A stretch of DNA of 64,000 nt from Candidatus Enterousia sp. (lineage in GTDB: Bacteria > Pseudomonadota > Alphaproteobacteria > Rs-D84), in the NCBI GenBank assembly GCA_045592905.1, contig JAZNVR010000001.1:16219-80218 (forward strand), written 5' to 3'. How positions within the stretch are numbered: position 1 is the first letter of the stretch; each line of letters opens with the position of its first letter. The translations under genes and the position numbers were made by a program. The notes beneath the pieces are model-generated. The model made no database searches and was not told where the DNA came from. It saw nothing but the letters and a program-made list of their open reading frames with translations. Shown in pieces: positions 51,239 to 62,169 of this stretch.

Positions 51239-52096
51239 ATGAATTACATAGACATATTCTTAGAAGCATTGTCTGCAGAAAAAGGCCGCAGTGAAAAAAC
51301 ATTAATCAGTTATGCATCTGATTTACACTTGGCAAACGATGCAATAAATGGTGGACTAATAAATGCAGATGCGTCAGACATCCAGTCTTATTTATCATCG
51401 TTGTCCGACAAGCCGTCATCAATTGCCCGCAAAGCATCTGCCCTGCGTGGATTTTATAAATTTTTAATGTTGGAAAAAATCATCACATCTAATCCGACTG
51501 CTAATCTTGAACTGCCCAAACGAAATCGTACATTGCCAAAATTTCTGACCGTTGAAGAAATTGAATTATTAATATCTTCTGCTGGTGACGTACGAAATTC
51601 ACTTCGTCTGCGTGCAATGATTGAATTATTATATGCATCAGGGCTGCGTGTATCAGAACTGTGTGAACTACCAACATCTGGGATATTGGGCGACAAATTA
51701 TTAATTCATGGCAAGGGTGCAAAAGAAAGACTGGTACCGATGCATGATGCTGCAATACGTGCATTAAACAAATGGATGGATATGCGTGGTGATGTAAATT
51801 CCAAATATGTATTTCCATCAAATGGCAAATCCGGACATATAACACGTGATGGTTTTTTCAAAATATTGAAAAAATGTGCAATACTATCTGGTATTGACCC
51901 CAATCGTGTTAGTCCACACGTCTTGCGTCATTCGTTTGCATCACATTTACTAGCAGGCGGTGCAAATCTGCGTGCAATACAAACAATGTTGGGCCACGAA
52001 GATATATCTACGACCCAGATTTACACACATGTCATGCCAGAAAAACTAAAAGAAACAGTATCTAAACATCATCCATTGGCAAATAAAAAGGTATAA
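51239..52096 (+). CDS. xerD: site-specific tyrosine recombinase XerD/XerC
   Basis: N-terminal SAM-like domain. Catalytic R...HxxR...Y (LRHSFASH...THV...). Start chosen at MNYIDIFLEAL. Confidence 0.75.
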   Translation: MNYIDIFLEALSAEKGRSEKTLISYASDLHLANDAINGGLINADASDIQSYLSSLSDKPSSIARKASALRGFYKFLMLEKIITSNPTANLELPKRNRTLPKFLTVEEIELLISSAGDVRNSLRLRAMIELLYASGLRVSELCELPTSGILGDKLLIHGKGAKERLVPMHDAAIRALNKWMDMRGDVNSKYVFPSNGKSGHITRDGFFKILKKCAILSGIDPNRVSPHVLRHSFASHLLAGGANLRAIQTMLGHEDISTTQIYTHVMPEKLKETVSKHHPLANKKV

Positions 52097-52099
52097 GAA

Positions 52100-52603
52100 A
52101 TGATAAAAAAATGTGATCATTTGGGATGCACCAAGGCTGGCACATGTCGTGCCCCAAAAACACGCGATTTAAAAGAATACTGGTTTTTTTGCCAAGAGCA
52201 TGCTGCCGAATACAATAAAAACTGGAACTTTTATGCCAACATGACACCCGAAGAAATAGAAGCAGATTGGGAAAGACAAACATTTGGCGAACCATTAAAA
52301 AATACAAAAGACGCAAACGCAGACGCATCAGATTATGCAAATTTTATAAACGACTTTATTACTGGACGCAGCAAATTTGACCGCATGCCACTAAAAAGCA
52401 AACTACCAACAACTGTTGTATCTGCATTAAAAATATTTGATTTGGGCATATCCGCCACATGGCGTGATGTGGGCGTTAAATATCGTGCGTTGGCAAAAAA
52501 ATATCACCCTGATACCGCAACAGACAAAAAAAATGCTGCTACAGAATTTGCAAAAATATCTGCGGCATACGACATATTAAAAAAACATTTCGGCAAGAAA
52601 TAA
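52100..52603 (+). CDS. J-domain protein with N-terminal Cys-rich region
   Basis: C-terminal J domain with an HPD motif (KKYHPDTATD). N-terminus carries CDHLGC...C...FCQEH. Confidence 0.55.
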   Translation: MIKKCDHLGCTKAGTCRAPKTRDLKEYWFFCQEHAAEYNKNWNFYANMTPEEIEADWERQTFGEPLKNTKDANADASDYANFINDFITGRSKFDRMPLKSKLPTTVVSALKIFDLGISATWRDVGVKYRALAKKYHPDTATDKKNAATEFAKISAAYDILKKHFGKK

Positions 52604-52658
52604 GGCTTTTTTATAACGCTTTTTTATGATATAATTTTACACAAAAGGAGAATTATAC

Positions 52659-53912
52659 ATGAAAAAGCAACTTTCTGTTATTATTGGTGCATTGGCAATA
52701 TTGGCCACAACCAATTCATATGCTGAAACAAATTTAGGAACACGTGCCGCATCCAGTGCAAACCTGTCTGGATCACCATCTACACGTACACGTGAAACGG
52801 TTAATTACAAAAAATACACAACCCAGAAAAAAACCTATACAACCAAGGATTCTGGCGACTTATATTACACAAAACCTGCAAACCGCAGTGCATTATATAA
52901 GCAATACAATGGTGCAAATTCATCTGCGGCAACAGCAACAAAAACAACTGTACGCAAGACACGTTCTGAAACAGCAATTACAACTGCAAAAAGAAAATAT
53001 TTCTTGGCCCATCCATTCTTTCAACCATTGGGTGGAAAGTTCGGTTCAATAACAGATGCGTCTTTCACAAACAGTTCATATGATTTTACAATTAATCAAA
53101 CATTACCAATGTATGACGAAATTGGAAACGTTGTATATCCATTGAACGGAATAACCGCATCATGGGAAACAAAACAATTATCAATCAAAGAGGATTTCAG
53201 TTATGGTATTACCGATCGCTTTGCAATTTTGGGTATGCTGCAATACAACTCTTCTGATTATGAAATTTCATATTCTGACGGTTCCAAACCAGACAAAATG
53301 GATGACAGTGGTCTGAATCTGTATGGTTTGGGCGTTCAATGGCGTTTTGTTGATAACGACAAATGGATTGCAATGGCGTCTGGATATTTCCAGCATCAAA
53401 AAGACATTGCAAATAATTTCTTATTAGAAGCCAAAGCCGGATATAAAATCCAACGTTCTACAATCTATGGATTGGCACGTGGATGGTATATCGACCTGGA
53501 TGGGAACACATATGGAAATGCAATTGTTGGTACAGATGAGAACAATGATCCTGCAATGTTCTATATCCCATATCAAATTGGCGACACTGGTGTAACATAT
53601 TTAGAAGCAGGCATCGGTGTATTCAGTGTATTAAACAAAGACTGGACACTGAATGTAGAAGGAATATTTGGAAATTACGACTGGCACAATCAAGCATCCG
53701 TCAAAGCTGCAATCGCATGGCAGCCAAATGATTGGTTCGCTTTGGATTTATACGCAAAAACATCATTATTTGATGATGCGGATGAAAAAACACTTGATTT
53801 AATGTGGCAATACCCAAGTGCAGATTTGAATGATTTAACAAAAATCGGAACAGCAGATTTGAATAAATATTCAGAAACAACTGTTGGCCTGCGTGCAATA
53901 TTCCAATTTTAA
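52659..53912 (+). CDS. outer-membrane beta-barrel protein (porin/surface antigen)
   Basis: Signal peptide and a C-terminal aromatic beta-barrel signature (AIFQF). Confidence 0.5.
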   Translation: MKKQLSVIIGALAILATTNSYAETNLGTRAASSANLSGSPSTRTRETVNYKKYTTQKKTYTTKDSGDLYYTKPANRSALYKQYNGANSSAATATKTTVRKTRSETAITTAKRKYFLAHPFFQPLGGKFGSITDASFTNSSYDFTINQTLPMYDEIGNVVYPLNGITASWETKQLSIKEDFSYGITDRFAILGMLQYNSSDYEISYSDGSKPDKMDDSGLNLYGLGVQWRFVDNDKWIAMASGYFQHQKDIANNFLLEAKAGYKIQRSTIYGLARGWYIDLDGNTYGNAIVGTDENNDPAMFYIPYQIGDTGVTYLEAGIGVFSVLNKDWTLNVEGIFGNYDWHNQASVKAAIAWQPNDWFALDLYAKTSLFDDADEKTLDLMWQYPSADLNDLTKIGTADLNKYSETTVGLRAIFQF

Positions 53913-53985
53913 ACATAAAATTCAATATCCCTGTTACCACACAGGGATATTGTAAAAACATCCAGAACGAGAGAGAGAAGTCATA

Positions 53986-54723
53986 ATGCATAAAATATTA
54001 TCTACGTTTTTAATCAGTGCTTTTATTGCCTTGCCTGTGTCATCATATGCAAATCAACTGGAACACGACACATCAGATCCACTTTATCTGTTGGCCCAAG
54101 AAGAAATATTAAGTCAAACATCTATATCTTATTGGAATCACATGCTGCGTATTGGCCAAGGCCTTTCATATGGAATGAACGAACGCCTGTCTATTGGTGC
54201 AAACATTCATTATCAACATCACTTTAACGGCAATCAAGATGGATTTTCTGCAATTGATTTGGGTGCAACATATCGTATGACACGTGCAAGCGATACAGAT
54301 TCACATATGATTTCAGACCTGTTGTTCGGATTTAAGTTTGGCGGCAGTTCACATGTACGCACACCATATTATGCAGATTCAACATATTATGCAGGTATTC
54401 GTTTTGGTCGTCAATGGGCCGGGTTAACATTGGCAGCAACCGTAAAATCCAGTTGGGTTTTTGATGAAACACGTGGCATGTCATTTATTGATTTTATGCC
54501 AGAAGCATATTTTAGAATTGCCCCAGATTGGCGTATTGGTGGTGGCTTTACAATTCGCAAAGCAACCAACAACGACCCACAAACAGGCGATGATTATGAC
54601 CAAGAATGGTTGCATACGAAACTTGTACGCCAATATGGTCGCACACAATATATCGGACATATTGACTATGAATTTGAAAGCGACGAAATACAACTGGGCG
54701 GAAAAGTAAATATTGTATTTTAA
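53986..54723 (+). CDS. outer-membrane beta-barrel protein
   Basis: Signal peptide. Ends in NIVF. Confidence 0.5.
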   Translation: MHKILSTFLISAFIALPVSSYANQLEHDTSDPLYLLAQEEILSQTSISYWNHMLRIGQGLSYGMNERLSIGANIHYQHHFNGNQDGFSAIDLGATYRMTRASDTDSHMISDLLFGFKFGGSSHVRTPYYADSTYYAGIRFGRQWAGLTLAATVKSSWVFDETRGMSFIDFMPEAYFRIAPDWRIGGGFTIRKATNNDPQTGDDYDQEWLHTKLVRQYGRTQYIGHIDYEFESDEIQLGGKVNIVF

Positions 54724-54737
54724 ACAAAAGAAAAAAA

Positions 54738-54916
54738 CGATGGCGTAGTGTAACGTGATATTACACAAGCCATCGTAACCATCCACAGATGAATTATCAT
54801 CCGATAAATAAAATAAATTAGAATGATTTAGATACAAGTAATGCCGACAGTGTAGTGTACATAACGCTACATGAACTGTCGGCACCGCTTGTAGATGAAT
54901 TATTATAATTTATTTA
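54738..54916. repeat. composite hairpin repeat element, copy B (two tandem units)
   Basis: Unit 1 is CGATGGC[GTAGTGTAACGTGATATTACACAA]GCCATCG plus CAGATGAATTATCAT. Unit 2 is GCCGACAGT[GTAGTGTACATAACGCTACATGAA]ACTGTCGGC plus GTAGATGAATTATTATAATTTATTTA. It overlaps the last 4 codons and the stop of trxB. Confidence 0.7.
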
Positions 54917-55799
54917 AGTATGCGATTGCATCCATACCTGCACTGCACCCTGTTCCAACAGCTGTTGCAATTTGCATTTTTAAATCACTATGCACATCAC
55001 CGGCAACAAACATACCATCTGGTAATGCGGTTGGTGCCAAACGCCCCAACCCATCACGTTTAATTTCTTCGGATAAAAAGTCAGTATTCGCCTCGTGTCC
55101 AATTGCGACAAAAACACCATCAACAATTATTTGTTCGCCACTTGTTGTTGTAACAACCAATTCGCCATCTGACGAATCTGGCTTTTCAGCGATTTCTGCC
55201 AAATCTGTATTAAACAAACATTTAATATTTTCACGTTCTGCAACACGATCACGCAAAACTGCTTCGGCCCGGAAAAATTCAGACTTACGATAAACGATTT
55301 TAACTTCTTTTGCCAAGTCTGCCAAATACAACGCATCATTTAACGCACTGTTTCCGCCCCCCATAACAATAACTGTTTTACCACTATAAAAGAACCCATC
55401 ACATGTCGCACAATACGAAACACCACGTCCCATTAACTCACGTGCACCTGTTATCTCCAACTTTCGTGGACTGGCACCAGTTGCAACAATAACTGTTTTA
55501 CCAACATATTCTTTGTTGTTTGCAGTAACGACAAAAACACCATCTGAATTTTTTTCAACATTTGTCGCAACAACAAATTCAACTGTTGCCCCAAATGTTT
55601 CTGCCTGATTTTTCATAAATTCGGCCAGTTCTGCCCCACTGCCAGCCCAACCCGGATAATTTTCCAGCGTGGCAATTCCAGCCATTTGACCACCCAACCT
55701 GTCGCCACCCAAAACAATTGTTTTTTTATTTGCACGTGCCGCATACAACGCTGCCGTTAATCCAGCAGGTCCAGAGCCTAAAATAATTACATCATACAT
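54903..55799 (-). CDS. trxB: thioredoxin-disulfide reductase
   Basis: FAD/NAD(P) motifs and the redox-active CATCDG. Confidence 0.85.
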   Translation of the reverse strand: MYDVIILGSGPAGLTAALYAARANKKTIVLGGDRLGGQMAGIATLENYPGWAGSGAELAEFMKNQAETFGATVEFVVATNVEKNSDGVFVVTANNKEYVGKTVIVATGASPRKLEITGARELMGRGVSYCATCDGFFYSGKTVIVMGGGNSALNDALYLADLAKEVKIVYRKSEFFRAEAVLRDRVAERENIKCLFNTDLAEIAEKPDSSDGELVVTTTSGEQIIVDGVFVAIGHEANTDFLSEEIKRDGLGRLAPTALPDGMFVAGDVHSDLKMQIATAVGTGCSAGMDAIAYLNKL

Positions 55800-56051
55800 T
55801 TTGCTTTTCTTCCTTTTTACTTGGGGTCAATATAACAAAATAAACAATACTACACAACCAAAATAATCATAAATTAAACAAGTTGAAAAAAAACTAAGAA
55901 CAATCTATAATTCACTGTGTTATGACATTAATTTATATATTTTTTAGTTTATCTTCATCCCCATTGGGGGAATAGTTTTTATGCAATTTCTTTACAAACA
56001 TTACAAACCGTTATAAAATACAATCCAAATCTATGAAAAAGGAAACAAATT

Positions 56052-57329
56052 ATGTTGGATATAAAATTTATTCGTGAAAATCCAGATGCTGTAAAACAAG
56101 CATGTAAATTAAAAGGCTATACAGATTATACCGACCAAATATTGGAATTGGATGCACGCGTTCGTGAACTAAGAACAATTACACAAAGCAAAACTGCTGA
56201 AAAAAACAAAATCACACGTGAAATTCCAACTGCCACAGACAAGGGGCCACTAATTGCAAAATCCAAAGAAATTAATGCAGAAATTGCAAACGACATGGCA
56301 GAATTGGCCGAACGTGAAACACAACTGGATGAACTGTTGCGTTGCGTGCCACAAATTCCATCCAGCGATACGCCATTTGGTCATGACGACACAGACAATG
56401 TTGAAGTTCGTCGTGTTGGCACCCCGCGTGAATTTGACTTTACACCACGTCCACAATGGGAATTGTTGGAAATGAATAATTGGTACAGACCTGAAAAAAT
56501 CGCATCAATTTGTGGCACACGCACATATGCCCTGTTTGGCGAAGCAGCAGAACTGGAACTGGCGATTCAAACATATGTAATTCAGAAATTAATTGCCAAA
56601 GGATTTACATTTGTAAACTGTCCTGCGATAACAAAACCACAAACAATATTTAATGCAGGTCACTTCAAGGGAACAGATACATCTGTTATGGCGGGTGATG
56701 TATTTATGCTGACAGATACAGACAGATGTCTGGCTGGAACTGCAGAAATTATTCTAAATTCATTGCACAGTGACGAAGTATTAAATGAAAAAGATTTGCC
56801 AATTAAATACGCTGGATTTTCACCATGTTTCCGCAAAGAAGCCGGTGCTGCTGGTCGTGACACACGTGGTATTGTACGTATACATCAATTTAACAAGGTT
56901 GAACAGTACATCTATTGCACACCAGCGCAATCTGATGAAATGCACGAACATTTATTAAATAACCTGTGCGAAATTATGGAAGATTTGGAATTACCATATC
57001 GTGTTATCATGGCATGCACAGGTGACATGGGATTCAACAAGGTAAAAATGCACGATGTAGAAGCCTGGTTCCCAAGTGAAAACACATATCGTGAACTTGG
57101 GTCTTGTTCATCTATTGGTCAATTCCAAGCCCGCAGAACAAACACACGTTTTCGTGCATCGGATGGCAGTATGCAATTCTGTGCAACATTGAACAACACT
57201 GGTATTGCCCTGCCACGTGCGATTGTACCTGTTATTGAAAACCACCAAAACCCAGACGGTTCTGTAAATATACCACGTGCATTACAGCCACTGATGGGTG
57301 GACGCACAAAAATCGGGGGAAAACATTAG
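56052..57329 (+). CDS. serS: serine--tRNA ligase
   Basis: N-terminal coiled coil and class II motifs. 425 aa. Confidence 0.9.
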   Translation: MLDIKFIRENPDAVKQACKLKGYTDYTDQILELDARVRELRTITQSKTAEKNKITREIPTATDKGPLIAKSKEINAEIANDMAELAERETQLDELLRCVPQIPSSDTPFGHDDTDNVEVRRVGTPREFDFTPRPQWELLEMNNWYRPEKIASICGTRTYALFGEAAELELAIQTYVIQKLIAKGFTFVNCPAITKPQTIFNAGHFKGTDTSVMAGDVFMLTDTDRCLAGTAEIILNSLHSDEVLNEKDLPIKYAGFSPCFRKEAGAAGRDTRGIVRIHQFNKVEQYIYCTPAQSDEMHEHLLNNLCEIMEDLELPYRVIMACTGDMGFNKVKMHDVEAWFPSENTYRELGSCSSIGQFQARRTNTRFRASDGSMQFCATLNNTGIALPRAIVPVIENHQNPDGSVNIPRALQPLMGGRTKIGGKH

Positions 57330-57404
57330 TAAGTATAAGCGATTACTACATGTGGTGAATGTCGGAAATATTAATTATTCATTCACTATCCACTAATACT
57401 AGTC

Positions 57405-57438
57405 ACTAAAAAAACTCCCATCTGGGAGTTTTTTTTAT
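57405..57438. terminator. bidirectional rho-independent terminator
   Basis: A7-CTCCCA-TC-TGGGAG-T8, between convergent genes. Confidence 0.7.
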
Positions 57439-57983
57439 TTCTGTAAACCTTGCTTCATCAATATAAATGGTCGTACAACACATTTTGCTGATTCATATTC
57501 TAATTTATTTTTCGCCAACTTTGCCATATCTATAATTTCTTTTGCATATGTATCACTGTGTTCATCATACATCCACTGTTGCACAGCATTACAAAAGCGG
57601 TTGTATACTGCACCATTTCCATCAAAAAATACATACTTTATATTATTCAACACAATTCCTGTTGGGTCTTGCACAATATAATAAGCACTTTTTAAATCAT
57701 GCAATTTTTTTAGTTTTGCATAATCTAATGCACGCTTAATCCATGCTGCTTCTGTTGCAGAACGAGAAAAGTAAGCATCTGGATTTTTTGCAACCTGTTC
57801 CATAAAAACAAAACTGCGTGCCGCAGCACATTGTTCTTGCAATTTCATATTTTTCCATTCTGCCTTTACACGAACACGTGCCAAATTGGTTAACGCCTTG
57901 AAGCCCCCCTTAATTGCATTATACACATCTTGTTCACTATATTTTTTGTTCATACCAAAACCTTTAATAATAAAGTTAAACAA
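57435..57983 (-). CDS. hypothetical protein
   Basis: 182 aa with no recognisable motif. Confidence 0.3.
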   Translation of the reverse strand: MFNFIIKGFGMNKKYSEQDVYNAIKGGFKALTNLARVRVKAEWKNMKLQEQCAAARSFVFMEQVAKNPDAYFSRSATEAAWIKRALDYAKLKKLHDLKSAYYIVQDPTGIVLNNIKYVFFDGNGAVYNRFCNAVQQWMYDEHSDTYAKEIIDMAKLAKNKLEYESAKCVVRPFILMKQGLQK

Positions 57984-58109
57984 TTTATTTGATTATAGAC
58001 GAACGCTTTCAAATGTCAAATTTTTCATCCGAAACATTCATATATTCTTGAAAATTGTTTTTTTTGGGTATACCCTGTATTGGAAACATAAAAAATATGG
58101 GGCAAAATT

Positions 58110-59942
58110 ATGAAGATACGCAATATTGCAATTATTGCACACGTTGACCATGGAAAAACAACACTGGTTGACAATATGTTAAAGCAAGCAGGTACATTTC
58201 GTGAAAACGAAAAGGTAGAAGACCGTGTTATGGACAGTGGTGATATTGAACGTGAACGTGGTATTACAATTTCTGCGAAACCAACATCTATTCAATGGGG
58301 CGAATACAAGATTAACATTGTTGACACCCCTGGACACGCTGACTTTGGTGGCGAAGTAGAACGTATTTTATCCATGGTTGACGGTGTTGTACTGTTGGTT
58401 GACAGTGCCGAAGGCCCCCTGCCCCAGACAAAATTTGTATTGTCCAAGGCGTTAAAACTGGGACTGCGTCCGATTGTATGTATTAACAAGGTTGATCGTG
58501 CCGACGCCAGACCAGATGAAGTTTTAACGGAAACATTTGATTTATTTGATAAATTGGGTGCAACAGATTCACAACTTGATTTCCCATATTTATATTCTGT
58601 TGGTCGTGATGGTTGGGCAGTTCGCAATTTGAACGACGAAAGAAAAGATTTAACCCCACTATTTCAATTAATTGTTGACCATGTACCGGCCCCAGATTGT
58701 AATGGCGAACGTTGTCAATTAGACGCACCATTTACGATGTTGGCAACAACACTGGAAGCGGACCCATATGTTGGCCGAATATTAACAGGAAAAATTGAAT
58801 CTGGCACTGTTCGTGTTGGGCAATCTGTCAAGGCCATCAATCGTAATGGTGAATTTATTGAAAACGCAAAAATCACAAAAATTATTGAACATCGTGGTGT
58901 TGAAAAGATTTCACGCGACACTGCATCTGCTGGTGACATTGTTGTTGTTGCAGGATTTACACGTGCAACTGTGGCAGACACATTGTGTGACCCATCTGTT
59001 ACCGAACCAATACCTGCGATGCCAATTGACCCACCAACGCTGACAATGACATTTTTTGTAAACACATCACCATTGGCGGGTAAATCTGGTAAAAAATTAA
59101 CATCCCGCATGATTGGCGAACGCCTGTTCAAAGAAGCAGAAACAAACATCGCATTAAAAGTTGAACAAAGCGAAAACAACGAGGCATTTGAAGTATCTGG
59201 TCGTGGCGAATTACAACTGGGAATATTAATTGAAACAATGCGTCGTGAAGGATTTGAATTAAGTGTCAGCCGTCCACGTGTTGTTATGCAAACAAATGAA
59301 AACGGTGAAAAACTGGAACCAATTGAAGATGTCGTAATTGATGTTGATGATGAATTTAGCGGTGTTGTTATTGAAAAAATGACAAAACGCAAAGCAACAA
59401 TTACAGAAATGAAGGCATCTGGTGGCGGAAAAACACGCATTGTATTTTCTGCACCATCACGTGGTTTAATCGGATATTTATCAGAATTCCGCACAGATAC
59501 ACGTGGCACAGGAATTATGAATCGTGTATTTGATAAATACGATGTTTATCGTGGTGCGATTCAACAATATCGTCCAGGCGTATTGGTATCAATGGAAAAA
59601 GGTTCGGCAGCCACATATGCATTATTTAATTTGCAACCACGTGGCACATTGTTTATTGACCCACAAACAGAAGTATATTCTGGTATGATTATTGGCGAAC
59701 ACAGCAAAGAAAACGACTTGGAAGTAAACCCGATTAAGGGCAAAGAACTGACCAATATGCGTTCTGTTACTGCGGATGAAAAGTTATTCTTGGCCCCACC
59801 ACGTCGCATATCTTTGGAAGAAGCGTTGTCATATATCTTGGATGATGAATTGGTTGAAATTACACCAGACACAATTCGTCTACGCAAGAAAGAACTGGAC
59901 AGTAATACACGCAAAAAACTGAAAAAACATACAGAAGAATAA
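58110..59942 (+). CDS. typA: translational GTPase TypA/BipA
   Basis: G-domain AHVDHGKTTL and DTPGHADF. 610 aa. Confidence 0.9.
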   Translation: MKIRNIAIIAHVDHGKTTLVDNMLKQAGTFRENEKVEDRVMDSGDIERERGITISAKPTSIQWGEYKINIVDTPGHADFGGEVERILSMVDGVVLLVDSAEGPLPQTKFVLSKALKLGLRPIVCINKVDRADARPDEVLTETFDLFDKLGATDSQLDFPYLYSVGRDGWAVRNLNDERKDLTPLFQLIVDHVPAPDCNGERCQLDAPFTMLATTLEADPYVGRILTGKIESGTVRVGQSVKAINRNGEFIENAKITKIIEHRGVEKISRDTASAGDIVVVAGFTRATVADTLCDPSVTEPIPAMPIDPPTLTMTFFVNTSPLAGKSGKKLTSRMIGERLFKEAETNIALKVEQSENNEAFEVSGRGELQLGILIETMRREGFELSVSRPRVVMQTNENGEKLEPIEDVVIDVDDEFSGVVIEKMTKRKATITEMKASGGGKTRIVFSAPSRGLIGYLSEFRTDTRGTGIMNRVFDKYDVYRGAIQQYRPGVLVSMEKGSAATYALFNLQPRGTLFIDPQTEVYSGMIIGEHSKENDLEVNPIKGKELTNMRSVTADEKLFLAPPRRISLEEALSYILDDELVEITPDTIRLRKKELDSNTRKKLKKHTEE

Positions 59943-59943
59943 A

Positions 59944-59970
59944 TAACCGCCATTTGGCGGTTATTTATTT
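59944..59970 (+). terminator. rho-independent terminator
   Basis: TAACCGCC-ATTT-GGCGGTTA followed by T-rich sequence. Confidence 0.65.
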
Positions 59971-60019
59971 GCTAAAACTATTAAAATCTGATACAACATG
60001 TGAAAACAAGGGAAAAAAA

Positions 60020-60893
60020 CATGAAAACACCATTAATGACCGTCGTTGTACCAATGTACAATGCATCCAAATTTATTCGCAAATCATTGGAACATTTAAC
60101 CCGTCAAACATATAAAAACCTTGAAATAATTATTGTTGACGATGGCAGTACTGATGATTGTGCACAAATCATCAAGGAATACGCAAAACAAGATAAACGT
60201 ATCAAATTAATACAACAAAAAAATAGCGGTGTATCTGTTGCGTCTAATACTGGGATTCTGGCTGCAACGGGCGAATACGTTTCAATACACGACCATGATG
60301 ATTTTGTAAATCTTGATTACTTTGAAAAAATGGCAAATGCTGCAATTGCAACAGATGCAGATATTTTATGTGGCGAAGTTAACGAACCAGGATGGTCTTT
60401 TCCTGAATTCAAATCAATTGAAATCGCAACCAGTTTAGCAGACAGAATCAACACAACACACGCAAACGGATTTAATTGTGCATGGCGATATGCATATAAA
60501 ACAGAATTTTTACGCAAAACAGAATTACTGTTTGAACCATCTGTTTGGGGTGCCCAAGATATCATATTCTCAAAATCTGCAATTGTATTGGCAAACAGTG
60601 TTGCGACTGTTCCTGGGGCAATATACAACGTTGTTGATCAACCAACATCTTTGGGTAAAGATAAAAAGAAGAAAAAGGCCAACAGCACAGAAGAAACAGT
60701 CAAGGCATGGCAACGTTATGGCCAACTGCTTGCAAAATATGGTGCAACAGAATTAATAAACGCACCAGACAAACCGTCTGGAATCAACACTTTCAAAATA
60801 TTTAATAAAACTATATTCAAAACAGAAATATTTCCACGCAAAAAAAGATATTATCTGTTCGGTATAAATATTGGAACATTACACATGGATTAA
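60020..60893 (+). CDS. family 2 glycosyltransferase
   Basis: VVVPMYNAS...IIVDDGSTD, DxD-type GT-A fold. RBS upstream of the ATG at 60020. Confidence 0.65.
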
Positions 60894-60895
60894 AC

Positions 60896-60925
60896 AGAAA
60901 ACTGCCAATACGGCAGTTTTTTTTA
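60896..60925. terminator. bidirectional terminator
   Basis: AAACTGCC-AATAC-GGCAG-T8. Confidence 0.65.
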
Positions 60926-62125
60926 ATCTATTCTTAATTTACTTTTCATCCATCTTCTATAAATCCCCCTGTTTTCACGTCCAGGTATAAAACATGCAGA
61001 AATTCTTACAAAATTTTGTTTTACAGATAACATGAACAATGTTCCATTTTCTTGCTTATAATCTGCCAAATGTTGAACATATTCTTGCCATATTTGTTTA
61101 TCCATAACCGGCAAATTTTTATCATAAACAAAACCAAACTGGTCAAAAAATTGACGCACATATTTATTCAATCCTATTATTTGTGGAACTGACACAAAAT
61201 GAGATGTTGGCTTTTTTTCAATAGACCCACTAATAAAAACACCTGTTAATTTTTTTACTTTATTAACCAAATGCTGTGTTGATGCACTGTCTTTGTTTTT
61301 CTTGTTTCTTTTAATTTGTATAACAGTCCCACCAGGCTTCATAAACACCGCCAAATGCAATGCCGTTCCAGCACATCCGGCCAAAACTTTACAATTACTA
61401 ATTAATTGAATTTGTTCTATTAACGATAATTTTTCTGGGTATATAATTTTGAATCCATTTTTCTCAAAAATCTTTGACACATATTTTTCACCATATGTAC
61501 GTCTAAGTTTTAACGCATCACGTGAAACAAAAATTTTTTCATAAATTTCTGTTGGTTTTCCTGCATTTTCAACCATAAAATCAAACGTTTTTCCAAACTC
61601 TTCACATGTATAAACAGGCAAATTATATCCCTGGGTTGGTATATAAACATTTCTAAATTGCGTTGTTTCATTCAGAATAATTATTCTATCACGACTAATT
61701 CCCATTAATTCAAGGAACACGTACATATATTCCGGCACAGACTTAACATCTTGATTATTTATCAACACAACATGCATTTTGCGATATTTTTCATCTAATA
61801 ACGCCCATGCCCGATTCATTTGTTCCAGCAAAAAATGTCCAAATTCTGGATATACTAATCCAATAAAGACCACATTTTTATCAACAAAGGGGATGTTTTC
61901 GTGGTTAAATCTTGGCACAAATTGCCCATTGTTTCTACGTACTTGTTCAGAAGATTTTATAAATTCAAAATTCTGATTAAAAATACCAAATCCGCTAAAA
62001 TGTTCATTTACAATAATTCCACGTTCAACATGTTCAATATGAACATCCTGCATATATTGACGTTTTATATCATGTAATAAATATCTTTTATACTTATTAT
62101 CAGAAAAAATATAAAAATCTTTCAT
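60923..62125 (-). CDS. putative glycosyltransferase (DUF563/GT61-like)
   Basis: EFGHFL motif. Neighbours are polysaccharide biosynthesis genes. Confidence 0.35.
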   Translation of the reverse strand: MKDFYIFSDNKYKRYLLHDIKRQYMQDVHIEHVERGIIVNEHFSGFGIFNQNFEFIKSSEQVRRNNGQFVPRFNHENIPFVDKNVVFIGLVYPEFGHFLLEQMNRAWALLDEKYRKMHVVLINNQDVKSVPEYMYVFLELMGISRDRIIILNETTQFRNVYIPTQGYNLPVYTCEEFGKTFDFMVENAGKPTEIYEKIFVSRDALKLRRTYGEKYVSKIFEKNGFKIIYPEKLSLIEQIQLISNCKVLAGCAGTALHLAVFMKPGGTVIQIKRNKKNKDSASTQHLVNKVKKLTGVFISGSIEKKPTSHFVSVPQIIGLNKYVRQFFDQFGFVYDKNLPVMDKQIWQEYVQHLADYKQENGTLFMLSVKQNFVRISACFIPGRENRGIYRRWMKSKLRID

Positions 62126-62169
62126 TTTTCTTTAACCCTTTGTTGCAAAATTAAAATAAAACGTGTAAA

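Noticed and set aside
51155-52096. Tyrosine recombinase as phage or integrative-element integrase
   Set aside because: It has an Xer-type N-terminal domain and housekeeping neighbours, with no att-like repeats or phage genes. It is called chromosomal xerD/xerC.
54783-54795. CCATCCACA as a DnaA box
   Set aside because: It matches only 7 of 9 positions of the TTATCCACA consensus. It is a single occurrence and lies inside the repeat element.
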